50,739 nt of DNA from Methanobacteriota archaeon. GTDB taxonomy: Archaea > Thermoplasmatota > Poseidoniia > Poseidoniales > Thalassarchaeaceae. Below are positions 19,179 to 27,572 of the stretch, one piece after another. Position 1 is the first letter of the stretch. Each line of letters begins with the position of its first letter. The translations under genes and the position numbers were made by a program. The notes beneath the pieces are model-generated. The model was not told where the DNA came from, searched no databases, and was given only the letters and a program-made list of their open reading frames with translations. The stretch lies in NCBI GenBank assembly GCA_002722595.1, contig PBMO01000046.1:1-50739 (forward strand), read 5' to 3'.

Positions 19179-20311
19179 TGGAATATAGTGGGCCTAATTT
19201 CCTTTCAAAATTGGAATCCACAATTGTGCAATGTGAGGATTCTTTGCGTAATTGGTTCGCTGGACACCGATCTAATTTGACGATGCCAATTTATGGGTCA
19301 GTAGATATTCGTGATTCACATTGGAAGGTTGCAGCTGTAGATGCCAATCAGTACCCTGCAGGATTCAATAACCTCAGCCAATCTAGTATTGGAGAGCATC
19401 TTAGTGATGCCATCGGCGATGTCAAACATGTCCATATTTGGCCGGAAAAACATACACGTAATCAACCCTACTTGGATAATATATCTGCATTATCAAAAAT
19501 ACTTGAAAGACAAGGATACAAGGTGACTAATGGGATAATTGAATTAGAGTCATCAGGCCCAATTTCCATTAACGGTTCTGTGCCTGATTTGGTCTTACTG
19601 AACAATGATCTCACGGATGGTCCAATCGGTACACTTGGTGTACCGGTCCTCCCCCCTCAAGAAATGGGGTGGTATCAACGGAAAAAATCCTCGCATTTTG
19701 AGGCATTACAACCTTTTATTGATGAAGCAGCAGAAATATTAGGAGTGGATCCCTGGTTATTGAGTACAAGTTGGTTTGTTTCCGAGGAGAAGTGCCTGGA
19801 AAAGGAAACTTGTCGAACACTTTTAGCTGCAGAAGTGGATAATTTTCTCCATTCCATTCAAGAAAAGTATGATGATTTGGGTGTACTGGGTAAGCCTAAA
19901 ATTTTCATGAAGAATAATTCGGGCACCTATGGCCTTGGCATTCTTGAAATCAATTCTGGAGAGCAACTTCTCAATCTTTCAAATCGGAAAATGAATAAAC
20001 TCACGTATGGAAAAGGAGGTTCTGATGCTGAGGATTTCCTCCTCCAGGAAGGGGTCCCAACTGCACTTTTTTGGGACCAGATGGTTGTTGAACCCGTAGC
20101 ATACTGTGCAAATGGCCGCGTTGGTGGTTGGTTTTATCGTGCTAATTCGAGGAAAGGGCCGATGGAAAATTTGAACAGTCCTTCCTCGTTATTCATTCCA
20201 CCATCTGATATATCTGATACTCTGATTTCATCAAGGCGTAATCATTGGCATACACTTGTCGCTGAGATTTCTATGCTTGGAATGGCCAGTGAAACAGATT
20301 CATTCCTCTGA
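19178..20311 (+). CDS. Putative glutamate-cysteine ligase-like enzyme (GshA, T. ferrooxidans/PF08886-type); function uncertain
   Basis: IYGSVDIRDSHWKVAAVDANQYPAGFNNL matches my memory of the N-terminal signature of that family. Its start overlaps the asnB-like stop (TAATG). Confidence 0.45.
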   Translation: MEYSGPNFLSKLESTIVQCEDSLRNWFAGHRSNLTMPIYGSVDIRDSHWKVAAVDANQYPAGFNNLSQSSIGEHLSDAIGDVKHVHIWPEKHTRNQPYLDNISALSKILERQGYKVTNGIIELESSGPISINGSVPDLVLLNNDLTDGPIGTLGVPVLPPQEMGWYQRKKSSHFEALQPFIDEAAEILGVDPWLLSTSWFVSEEKCLEKETCRTLLAAEVDNFLHSIQEKYDDLGVLGKPKIFMKNNSGTYGLGILEINSGEQLLNLSNRKMNKLTYGKGGSDAEDFLLQEGVPTALFWDQMVVEPVAYCANGRVGGWFYRANSRKGPMENLNSPSSLFIPPSDISDTLISSRRNHWHTLVAEISMLGMASETDSFL

Positions 20312-20590
20312 ATCATTACCCTGCATCTTTGGTGGTTCATCCATTCCAGTGATCTCATAATTCGAAGGGAAAAGGGCAACAACTACACCTGCAATTCCAG
20401 TTACCAGTGCCCACCAGAACATCTGGTATTTTATCGCCATTTCGAGGGCAATTGCGACTAGGGCAAGTCCACCTAGGTTGGATATCCAGACAAGTCGCTT
20501 GAAAGTCGAAAGTCCAACTCCCTTAGTCGTCCCAGATATAGATTCTGGGCCGAATTCAGCACCAAAGCGAATCGGCTTTTCACTCGCCAT
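20300..20590 (-). CDS. Small membrane protein (2 TM), last gene of the Rieske/cyt b cluster
   Basis: 96 aa, with two hydrophobic helices, co-directional with a 34-nt gap. Confidence 0.5.
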   Translation of the reverse strand: MASEKPIRFGAEFGPESISGTTKGVGLSTFKRLVWISNLGGLALVAIALEMAIKYQMFWWALVTGIAGVVVALFPSNYEITGMDEPPKMQGNDSEE

Positions 20591-20624
20591 GGAATTGCGT
20601 TCAACACCTCAGTAATCAGTATTT

Positions 20625-20957
20625 TCAACGGTCAATCATGAGTATTGCATCAGTAGGACATGAAAGGACACATAGTCGGCAACCCGTACAATCATCTCGG
20701 AGAATCCTCGCTTTGCGATTATTTTCTATATCAAGGATTGGACTCCTTAAAGGAACATCATACAACTCAATAGCATTATCATCACACACTAATGTGCATT
20801 GATCGCAACCGATGCACAAATCCTCTTTGACGAATGCGACAGTACCGGGTCCCCCCTTGACTTTTAGCCGGGCTTCACCACGCATTTTGTTTAGTGCGAG
20901 TCTTATTCTCTCCGCATCTTCCGCCCGACGTTTTGCCAACTCGTCGAGTGAGGTCAT
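20625..20957 (-). CDS. 2x[4Fe-4S] ferredoxin-type protein
   Basis: Two CxxCxxCxxxCP-type motifs: CIGCDQCTLVCDDNA and CTGCRLCVLSCPTDA. Confidence 0.85.
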   Translation of the reverse strand: MTSLDELAKRRAEDAERIRLALNKMRGEARLKVKGGPGTVAFVKEDLCIGCDQCTLVCDDNAIELYDVPLRSPILDIENNRKARILRDDCTGCRLCVLSCPTDAILMIDR

Positions 20958-20991
20958 ATATGTCGCAGGACGACTATGTTCTCAAATCTTA

Positions 20992-21240
20992 CTAAGCAAC
21001 GAATGTCAACCATAGTGGATGTAATGAAATTAAAACGGCAACAGCAAATCCGCAAAGAGTCCCTTTTGCCATGTTAGGGCGGTTATATCCAAGAGCAATT
21101 AGGATTAGGAAAAATCCGATTATCAAATCACAGACCATGCCAATCCACGCTGCTTTCCAAGATAATAAAACTGCAGTGGATATTGTTGCTAACGGGCCTA
21201 TGGAAAAACCACCGAGCCAATCTCGGTCAATGGTGCGCAT
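20992..21240 (-). CDS. Small membrane protein (about 3 TM)
   Basis: 82-aa hydrophobic ORF, 5 nt downstream of the fusion gene. Confidence 0.5.
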   Translation of the reverse strand: MRTIDRDWLGGFSIGPLATISTAVLLSWKAAWIGMVCDLIIGFFLILIALGYNRPNMAKGTLCGFAVAVLISLHPLWLTFVA

Positions 21241-21245
21241 TCAAT

Positions 21246-24062
21246 TCACGCCTGTTTCTTAGCTTCTACTTGGCGTGCTAGGAATGACACAACATCGAGA
21301 ATCTCAAAGTCGTGCTTTGGATCACCCTCAAACTTTAGGCATTCAAAATGCGAGACACACTTGGGACAAGATGTTAGCATTATATCTGCACCAGTTGCAC
21401 GAACTTCATCAAATCTCTGTACTCTAAGAGCTCGACTTTCTTCATTACAACCCATCATGCTCGAAACACCACAACAAAGTGCATCTTCACCATGATGCTC
21501 CATTTCGACCAGATCGACACCTTCGACAGAGGAAACAAGGTTTCTCGGTTCATCATAAATTTCCATTTGGCGCCCAAGCCTACAAGGGTCATGGTATGTC
21601 ACAGTAACGTCCTCTTCTGATTTCAATCCCATGTCGAATCCATTTTCTATGAGGAATTCTGTGGTGTGCATTACCTTGACACCCTCTAATTCGTAATCTT
21701 TAGCAAAGGTCCGGAAGCATTCAGCACAACTTGAGACCAAAGTATCAATTCCACTTGCTTGAATCTTCTTTTGGTTGTATGCCTTTAGTTTCTCAAAGAC
21801 CTCATCCATACCTTGCCATTTTTGGTCATGTCCACAGCACTTGAGGAAATCCCTTCCAAGGTAGGATACATCCGTGCCCATCTCTTCAAACAATGTAAAT
21901 GCCGAAGTAGTAGCATCACCAAGATTCATGCTGCCTTCATTCACATGGCTGAAGATCATTTCTTGATCGATGTAGTCGACGCAACCCGGATAGTATCCAA
22001 TACTTGAGTCGATAGGATAATCCTCAACAGCCACAAATTCAGAATCATATTCTTCTTCAGCCTCTGCTGCAAGTACAGATTGTAGGACGGAATGTGGTAT
22101 GTTTGAAGCGGGTGGGCCACCTACTACCAACGCCCTTCGCATGTCTACATATGAATCGTAGTCGACCAATTGTGGGCATGCATTCGTACAAGCAGTACAT
22201 GTCAGGCATGAAAATAGTGGCACTCCATCGTCTTCATTATTCCAACTGTTGTAGATGATGTTCAGTTTATCACCTGCGTTGAATAAGCGCACAGGACATG
22301 CATCGTCACAGAGGTCACAGCCGTAACACTTGTTCATCTCGTACTCGTATCCTCGTGCCATACTCCGCATCATCATGAATACAACAGCGCCAACACCAAG
22401 ACATGGTACAAAGAGTGAATAAATCAGTTTCGCATCTAGTGCTTTTGGATTTTTGTGGTAAGTGGGATTTTCACTCATATACGATGAAAGGCTGGCAATA
22501 TCCATCCCAATTCCAGATAACGTCAGATTCGTAGTATCTGCTCTATTTATTGCTTGACCATTATCGCCAATAAGTAATGGTTGGTGGCCAATGACATTTA
22601 CCCCTGCAAATATCGAATATGATGAGTTAATTCCGGTCCATGTTGTTGAGAAATCAACATTATAATCACCGGGTGCAAGCTTAAGCACACCACTTTCACA
22701 GGGTGTATCGAATACTACGTCGTTGTTAGAGTTAGTAACCGTGAAGACACTATCTACAAGCGTACCAATTCCCCATTCGCTTGAGCGCTGCGAGCAGGAA
22801 ATATCGACATACACGTCTCCGATTCCAAAGTTCTCAATGCTTATGTCCCAATTACCTGCTATTGACACAGTCTCATCGACATCATTACCCATTGGATTCC
22901 AGTCCCATGTGATGCCATTTCTTCGAGTTTGATTGTCGAAATGGTTGTTCGCTCCTGCGAAATCGATCAGACGTTCTTGCACGGGTTGGTATATGCCCCA
23001 ATTCATGAACTGACTCGCTGTAACAAGACAGAAATCGGATCTACTATACGCATCTTCCCCTTCAAATTTCGAACTCATCCAAACCTCATTTGCCATACTT
23101 TCCTCGTATGTCAAACAGTCTGCATGAATGTCTTCCCAATGATGGCCCTCGTTTATGGCTACAAGTGTATCTCCTGGTTGTGATCTCAACTCTTCCAATG
23201 CACTAATTTCATCCATTGCTCCGAGTCCACCTTGGTCCCAGAAACCATTGTCATAAACTGGCCATGTTACTGTACAGAGTAATATGGTCACGATTAGTGT
23301 TCCCATGGATACCTGTTTGCCAAGTTTGGGCGAGGTTCTTGCGCCAATTGATTTCACTAAGAACCAACGAATTCCCATATACAATGCAACCCATATGAAA
23401 ATTCCAGTTAATACCCACGGTATCGTGTTGAATATATCAGCAATCCAAGGTTCCCTTACGCCACAATTGAGCCCTGCATGAGAGTTCAATTGACAGAAAT
23501 CAGTTCTATTTTTACCATATAATTCAAGGAAGATATTAATTGAAAATACAGAGATAAACCAGACGTGAGCAAGGTATATCGCTCCAGCTGTAGCAAACCA
23601 TGGATCTTCAACACCACGCTTTTCACGGCCACCTAGGAATGGCGGGAGTGCTAGGATTGTTACTGGTAGTCCAGTAATTGCCGCACCCCACCATGCTGCG
23701 TTCCATGAGATGACAGGCTGTCCAAAGAATGCTCCGATTGGACCTGCAGGAATATCGAATTGTGGTAAATACTCGCCCCATCGGAGGTAACCATAACTGA
23801 ATAGAACGTACCAGTCAGGGAATACGAATCCGGCTTGTGCATATGGATCAGCTGCACCATGCAGAGGGGGTGGAATTAACCAAGAATAGAAACAAAGAAC
23901 CGCGACCATTGCGGCAAATATAATTCCGTCACGCAGAACTTCATGTGGCCAAAATGCGTGACCAACAAATACTCGCCTTCGCTCTTTGTCAGCACTTTGG
24001 AGGCTTTCTTTTTCACGGACATATGTATCCGCGATTTTGCCAAGACTTTCTATTAAGCCCAT
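21246..24062 (-). CDS. Fusion protein: cytochrome b C-terminal half (subunit IV/PetD-like) + extra TMs + ~330-aa extracytoplasmic domain + TM + HdrD-like Fe-S/CCG module
   Basis: The N-terminal half has FWPHEVLRD ... PDWYVLFSYGYLRW (the PEWY-type motif) and several TM helices. The C-terminal 360 aa (21249-22328) carry CYGCDLCDDACP, CLTCTACTNACP and two CCG-type regions (FLKCCGHDQ ... CAEC; HDPCRLG ... ALCCGVSS ... CPKC). The start is set at ATG 24062, preceded by GGAGGG. The listed ORF extends to 24110 and would overlap cytochrome b. Confidence 0.85.
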   Translation of the reverse strand: MGLIESLGKIADTYVREKESLQSADKERRRVFVGHAFWPHEVLRDGIIFAAMVAVLCFYSWLIPPPLHGAADPYAQAGFVFPDWYVLFSYGYLRWGEYLPQFDIPAGPIGAFFGQPVISWNAAWWGAAITGLPVTILALPPFLGGREKRGVEDPWFATAGAIYLAHVWFISVFSINIFLELYGKNRTDFCQLNSHAGLNCGVREPWIADIFNTIPWVLTGIFIWVALYMGIRWFLVKSIGARTSPKLGKQVSMGTLIVTILLCTVTWPVYDNGFWDQGGLGAMDEISALEELRSQPGDTLVAINEGHHWEDIHADCLTYEESMANEVWMSSKFEGEDAYSRSDFCLVTASQFMNWGIYQPVQERLIDFAGANNHFDNQTRRNGITWDWNPMGNDVDETVSIAGNWDISIENFGIGDVYVDISCSQRSSEWGIGTLVDSVFTVTNSNNDVVFDTPCESGVLKLAPGDYNVDFSTTWTGINSSYSIFAGVNVIGHQPLLIGDNGQAINRADTTNLTLSGIGMDIASLSSYMSENPTYHKNPKALDAKLIYSLFVPCLGVGAVVFMMMRSMARGYEYEMNKCYGCDLCDDACPVRLFNAGDKLNIIYNSWNNEDDGVPLFSCLTCTACTNACPQLVDYDSYVDMRRALVVGGPPASNIPHSVLQSVLAAEAEEEYDSEFVAVEDYPIDSSIGYYPGCVDYIDQEMIFSHVNEGSMNLGDATTSAFTLFEEMGTDVSYLGRDFLKCCGHDQKWQGMDEVFEKLKAYNQKKIQASGIDTLVSSCAECFRTFAKDYELEGVKVMHTTEFLIENGFDMGLKSEEDVTVTYHDPCRLGRQMEIYDEPRNLVSSVEGVDLVEMEHHGEDALCCGVSSMMGCNEESRALRVQRFDEVRATGADIMLTSCPKCVSHFECLKFEGDPKHDFEILDVVSFLARQVEAKKQA

Positions 24063-24075
24063 TCTATATCCCTCC

Positions 24076-24939
24076 TCAATGCGGCTCAGCGATGCCTTGT
24101 ACCCAAACAATAAACAAGTGAATCAAAATCAATGTGGTGACAATTACTGGCAAGATAAATACGTGCAGGAAATACATACGAGTCACCGCTTGGTAGGTCA
24201 AACTAGTTCCTCCGAACATAGCATTTGCAACCCAAGGCCCGATTAGTGGTGTACTATTAGCCATGTTTATTCCAATTGTAGCTGCACCAAATGCCAAACT
24301 ATCCCATGGCAATAGATATCCAGAATAACCGAAAAATATGACGAAGAACATCAATGCAACTCCAATCAACCAATTTAATTCACGAGGGTTTCTGTATGCT
24401 CCTGTGAAATATACTCGGCACATGTGTAAGAATACAGCAGCGACCATGAAGTGAGTAGTCCAGTGGTGGATTGATCGAATGATATATCCAAATGGCAATT
24501 GTGTCATGATGAATTCCATGCTGGAGTAGGCCGGTGTAGGGTCACCCTGTCCGCCAGGGACATAGTAGATTCCAAGAATTGTACCTGTAATTACGAGAAT
24601 GATGAATGCAAGGAAGGATATCCCGCCCAAGCAGTAGAGAGGATACCAATACCAGATGATGCGGAGTTTGTATTTTTCAGCATGTGTTAGAGGCATTTGG
24701 CGATGCATGCTGTGGTAAGCATCGCGTGACATAGCCCAGTAATCTTGGACCCTAAATCTTGTATCAAGCCATGAAAATGCCCACAGGAAAATTTTCTCAA
24801 CTAATCCTAGTTTGCCTGTTGACTCGACTGCTCGCAGAATTTCCTTACGCGGCATTTCCTCATTTTCCTTTCGAAGTGTGAAAGCAACGATTACCGTAAT
24901 AATCGCAATAAAGAGTCCTAATAACCAAACTTGCAACAT
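24076..24939 (-). CDS. Cytochrome b, N-terminal four-helix half (b6-type)
   Basis: Helix B reads RSIH-x13-HMCR and helix D reads FLH-x14-HLF (b6/Firmicute-type spacing). PRELNWLIG and GYLLPW are also present. Confidence 0.9.
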   Translation of the reverse strand: MLQVWLLGLFIAIITVIVAFTLRKENEEMPRKEILRAVESTGKLGLVEKIFLWAFSWLDTRFRVQDYWAMSRDAYHSMHRQMPLTHAEKYKLRIIWYWYPLYCLGGISFLAFIILVITGTILGIYYVPGGQGDPTPAYSSMEFIMTQLPFGYIIRSIHHWTTHFMVAAVFLHMCRVYFTGAYRNPRELNWLIGVALMFFVIFFGYSGYLLPWDSLAFGAATIGINMANSTPLIGPWVANAMFGGTSLTYQAVTRMYFLHVFILPVIVTTLILIHLFIVWVQGIAEPH

Positions 24940-24951
24940 TTTTCTTTCACC

Positions 24952-25827
24952 TCAATCACAGAACGTGTACCACTCCTGGTATGTACTCAATCCCTTGATT
25001 ATATCATCCTCAACAACGAATGGGATTAATGGCAGGCCAACTGGAGCAGGGCCACCAGTTAAGCGCACTCCAAAGTAATCAAATGTGGAACCATTGCTCC
25101 GATTCCTGTTCCGATTTTTCTCCAACATTGTTGGGTCATAGCGTGAGGAGTGACAGATACAGAACAATTTGTTTCCACCTGCATCTACACCACCTGGTAG
25201 CCATGTATCTGCCGTGAAATCATTAGCCACAAGTTGCCAACCAGGTATACAGCATAGGTGTGGGCATCGACTGAACATCAAGAGAATGTTGTCATGTGGC
25301 TGTAGGGCAAGGTCAGGTGTCCCATCTTCCAAAACGACATCAAATATTTCTCTTCCATGGCCAATGAATGCTCCTCCTGAGTCATATCCTTCACCATATT
25401 GGATCCTAGGCAAACCTTCTGCGGGAGGCTTCGATTCATTTTCTTCATGTGGTATGTATACGATATTGACTGGCATACCACTCCAAACACCCTGTGCTCC
25501 AGCCATTCCGGTATTGGATTTTGCAGCCTCAGCCTCTAGATGTGATTTCTGCATTTCTTGTTCATGCATTGCACCATACCACACAGCGTCTTCTTGTCCT
25601 TTTGGCACCCAATATTTCACACCCGTGTCTTCGCCGCCAGTACTTGCTTGACCCATTAGGAATGAAGCAAATCCAACGGACCCCAAACTTGCTAATGCAA
25701 TGGCGCCACCTGCTGCATTGAATGTGTATTTCATGAACAGTCTCCTGTCCAATACAGTAGAAACTCCTTCTGCATTATCATGGGTGGTTTTACCTGGTGC
25801 AGGTCTGAGTCTGAACTGTCTACCCAT
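24952..25827 (-). CDS. Rieske [2Fe-2S] protein with Tat-type signal anchor
   Basis: Box I is CPHLCC and box II is CICHSSRY. The N-terminus has DRRLFMK followed by a hydrophobic helix. Confidence 0.88.
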   Translation of the reverse strand: MGRQFRLRPAPGKTTHDNAEGVSTVLDRRLFMKYTFNAAGGAIALASLGSVGFASFLMGQASTGGEDTGVKYWVPKGQEDAVWYGAMHEQEMQKSHLEAEAAKSNTGMAGAQGVWSGMPVNIVYIPHEENESKPPAEGLPRIQYGEGYDSGGAFIGHGREIFDVVLEDGTPDLALQPHDNILLMFSRCPHLCCIPGWQLVANDFTADTWLPGGVDAGGNKLFCICHSSRYDPTMLEKNRNRNRSNGSTFDYFGVRLTGGPAPVGLPLIPFVVEDDIIKGLSTYQEWYTFCD

Positions 25828-25829
25828 GA

Positions 25830-26279
25830 TTACACCTCATATTTTTTCCAGCTCTCTGGGTCTTTTGCTGGAATGAATTTATTCCTTCTATGCTTGACTA
25901 TCAATGTATCAGGCATTACCCATTTCAAGTACACGATACCCATTATAATCAAAGTTGTTAGCATCATTGCTAAGAAGAATGATAGTATCTGTTGATCCCA
26001 ATAATTGAATAATCCATAGGAAAGCCCTCCTGCCCAATAGATAGTCCAGAAGAGACCCCATGCAAACACAATGGTGACTAACCAAGATGTTGCACTTGGA
26101 GATATACTAGATCGCACAATAGTCCCTGGTTTCGGCGCATTGAATACCCCATGGTCTACTGCTGTGATGTATTCTTCCTCAGTTAGGTTGACGCCATCTA
26201 AGGCCGACCTCGCATCTTCGATGCTAACTTCGCCAGACTTGACCTGCTTGAGAAGACGCATTACAATGTCTTCATTCAT
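25830..26279 (-). CDS. Membrane protein (soluble N-domain + about 3 TM), unknown function, in the Rieske/cyt b cluster
   Basis: 149-aa ORF that overlaps the upstream gene by 4 nt and ends 2 nt before the Rieske start. Confidence 0.55.
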   Translation of the reverse strand: MNEDIVMRLLKQVKSGEVSIEDARSALDGVNLTEEEYITAVDHGVFNAPKPGTIVRSSISPSATSWLVTIVFAWGLFWTIYWAGGLSYGLFNYWDQQILSFFLAMMLTTLIIMGIVYLKWVMPDTLIVKHRRNKFIPAKDPESWKKYEV

Positions 26280-27100
26280 AGTTGGTCACCCCTTCTTAGA
26301 TGCTTCATTCGGAGTCGGATTAGATTGGATCTCCCTTCATAGTGTCGGCTAAAGCCATAGCGTAAGAAAAATCCACAGAATAGGATGACTAGTACAACAG
26401 CCCCAAAGCCAAGAAGTCCAAGCCAGTGTGCTCTGAATGGAGCTCCCATGTGGTGCAAATCGACATGTCCGCCGTCCGCTTCTGGTGGTTTCACATCTCC
26501 ATTCCCTGCGAAAATTGTTCGTGTATTTCCATTATCTTCGCCCTCTCCAAGTGTGAAGGACAAACGGTTCCACGCATCACCGGTAGGTGCGCCGTCGCCA
26601 TTTACGCTATTCCCTGCGAGCCAAAATGTCACATCTCCAGTCCCTGATTCAGGAGCTATCCAAACAATATCCCATGCACGATCGCTTGGGTTGCTACCCT
26701 CTTCCGTATGAGTTAATGTAGTGCCATCATCTCCGTTTTGAACCATTGACTCATAACCAGCATCACCCGTTAACTCTCCTGCCTCTACCCTCATTGAGAA
26801 TCCAGCAGAGGACACGCCTCCTATTTCTGGCCCACCAATAATTTGTATTTTCAGAGAGTAACTTGTACCTGATGAGTACTGGTATGGGACGTCAACAATC
26901 ATCACAGTCACTGTGTCGTCGGGCGCCACAGCATTTCCAGAGTGACAGGTACAACCATTCTTGGCTACATCCGTGCCACCTTCGGCTTCATCTCCATAGA
27001 TTCCACCAGGTCTACCTTGACTTGAGCCGGCGACCAGAATCACAATCAAAACTCCAGTAAGGACGCGTAATAGTCGCTTATTGGATGCCGCCATAGCCAA
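26276..27100 (-). CDS. Exported beta-rich protein with C-terminal TM anchor; first gene of the Rieske/cyt b cluster
   Basis: Signal-like N-terminus LLRVLTGVLIVILVAGSS. There is a GCTCHSG motif, a His-rich juxtamembrane stretch HVDLHHMGAPFRAH, and a C-terminal TM WLGLLGFGAVVLVILFCGFFL. Confidence 0.6.
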   Translation of the reverse strand: MAMAASNKRLLRVLTGVLIVILVAGSSQGRPGGIYGDEAEGGTDVAKNGCTCHSGNAVAPDDTVTVMIVDVPYQYSSGTSYSLKIQIIGGPEIGGVSSAGFSMRVEAGELTGDAGYESMVQNGDDGTTLTHTEEGSNPSDRAWDIVWIAPESGTGDVTFWLAGNSVNGDGAPTGDAWNRLSFTLGEGEDNGNTRTIFAGNGDVKPPEADGGHVDLHHMGAPFRAHWLGLLGFGAVVLVILFCGFFLRYGFSRHYEGRSNLIRLRMKHLRRGDQL

Positions 27101-27102
27101 GC

Positions 27103-27117
27103 CTCACCTACGGTGAG
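27103..27117. other. Hairpin CTCACC-TAC-GGTGAG immediately 5' of the cluster's first start codon
   Basis: Seen directly. It lies 3-17 nt upstream of the ATG at 27100 (minus strand) and has the same C-G-closed TAY triloop architecture as 5393-5411 and 15281-15297. Confidence 0.35.
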
Positions 27118-27252
27118 TTTGTCCACTTGAGTGACCACCATAAACGTTCCCTGTCGAATGCGAGAAAAAAGCCTAGCAGTACAACGATTTTACAAAACTC
27201 TTGGAGAACGTCGATGCGCAGTTGTGAATAGCCATAATCTGTTCGCAATGGC

Positions 27253-27558
27253 ATGGGCGAGAGGACATGGGAAAACACATACAACTTGACCGATGAGCAA
27301 TTAGCCCATCTTGATACAGCCGAGACGATGATGGAGAAAATGGATTTGAGTAGTGCAGAAAACCTTCTTTTGGAAATGTTGGAAACTAATCCAGATTGTG
27401 TTCCTGTACTCTCAAACTTGGGCCATTTGTATGGCAAACACCTCTCGGAGTTTGAGACAGCAGTATCTTATTACGAAAAAGTACTCGAGATTGAACCGGA
27501 TAATGCATGGGCTAGGGATGCCCGGAGAAGGTATTCTCGATACATTGGACGTGACTAA
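27253..27558 (+). CDS. Small TPR-repeat protein
   Basis: AENLLLEMLETNPDCVPVLSNLGHLYGK...FETAVSYYEKVLEIEPDNAWA fits two TPR units. Confidence 0.7.
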   Translation: MGERTWENTYNLTDEQLAHLDTAETMMEKMDLSSAENLLLEMLETNPDCVPVLSNLGHLYGKHLSEFETAVSYYEKVLEIEPDNAWARDARRRYSRYIGRD

Positions 27559-27572
27559 CTCGCACAACCATC

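Noticed and set aside
26942-26953. GCTCH in the exported 274-aa protein as a c-type haem attachment site
   Set aside because: The spacing is C-x-C-H, not the canonical C-x-x-C-H. I cannot claim a cytochrome c, and no cupredoxin ligand pattern is seen either.
27108-27437. Listed ORF 27108..27437 (-), 109 aa
   Set aside because: It overlaps the well-supported plus-strand TPR gene and the divergent promoter region. Its sequence has no motif, and it would start inside another gene. It is likely spurious.
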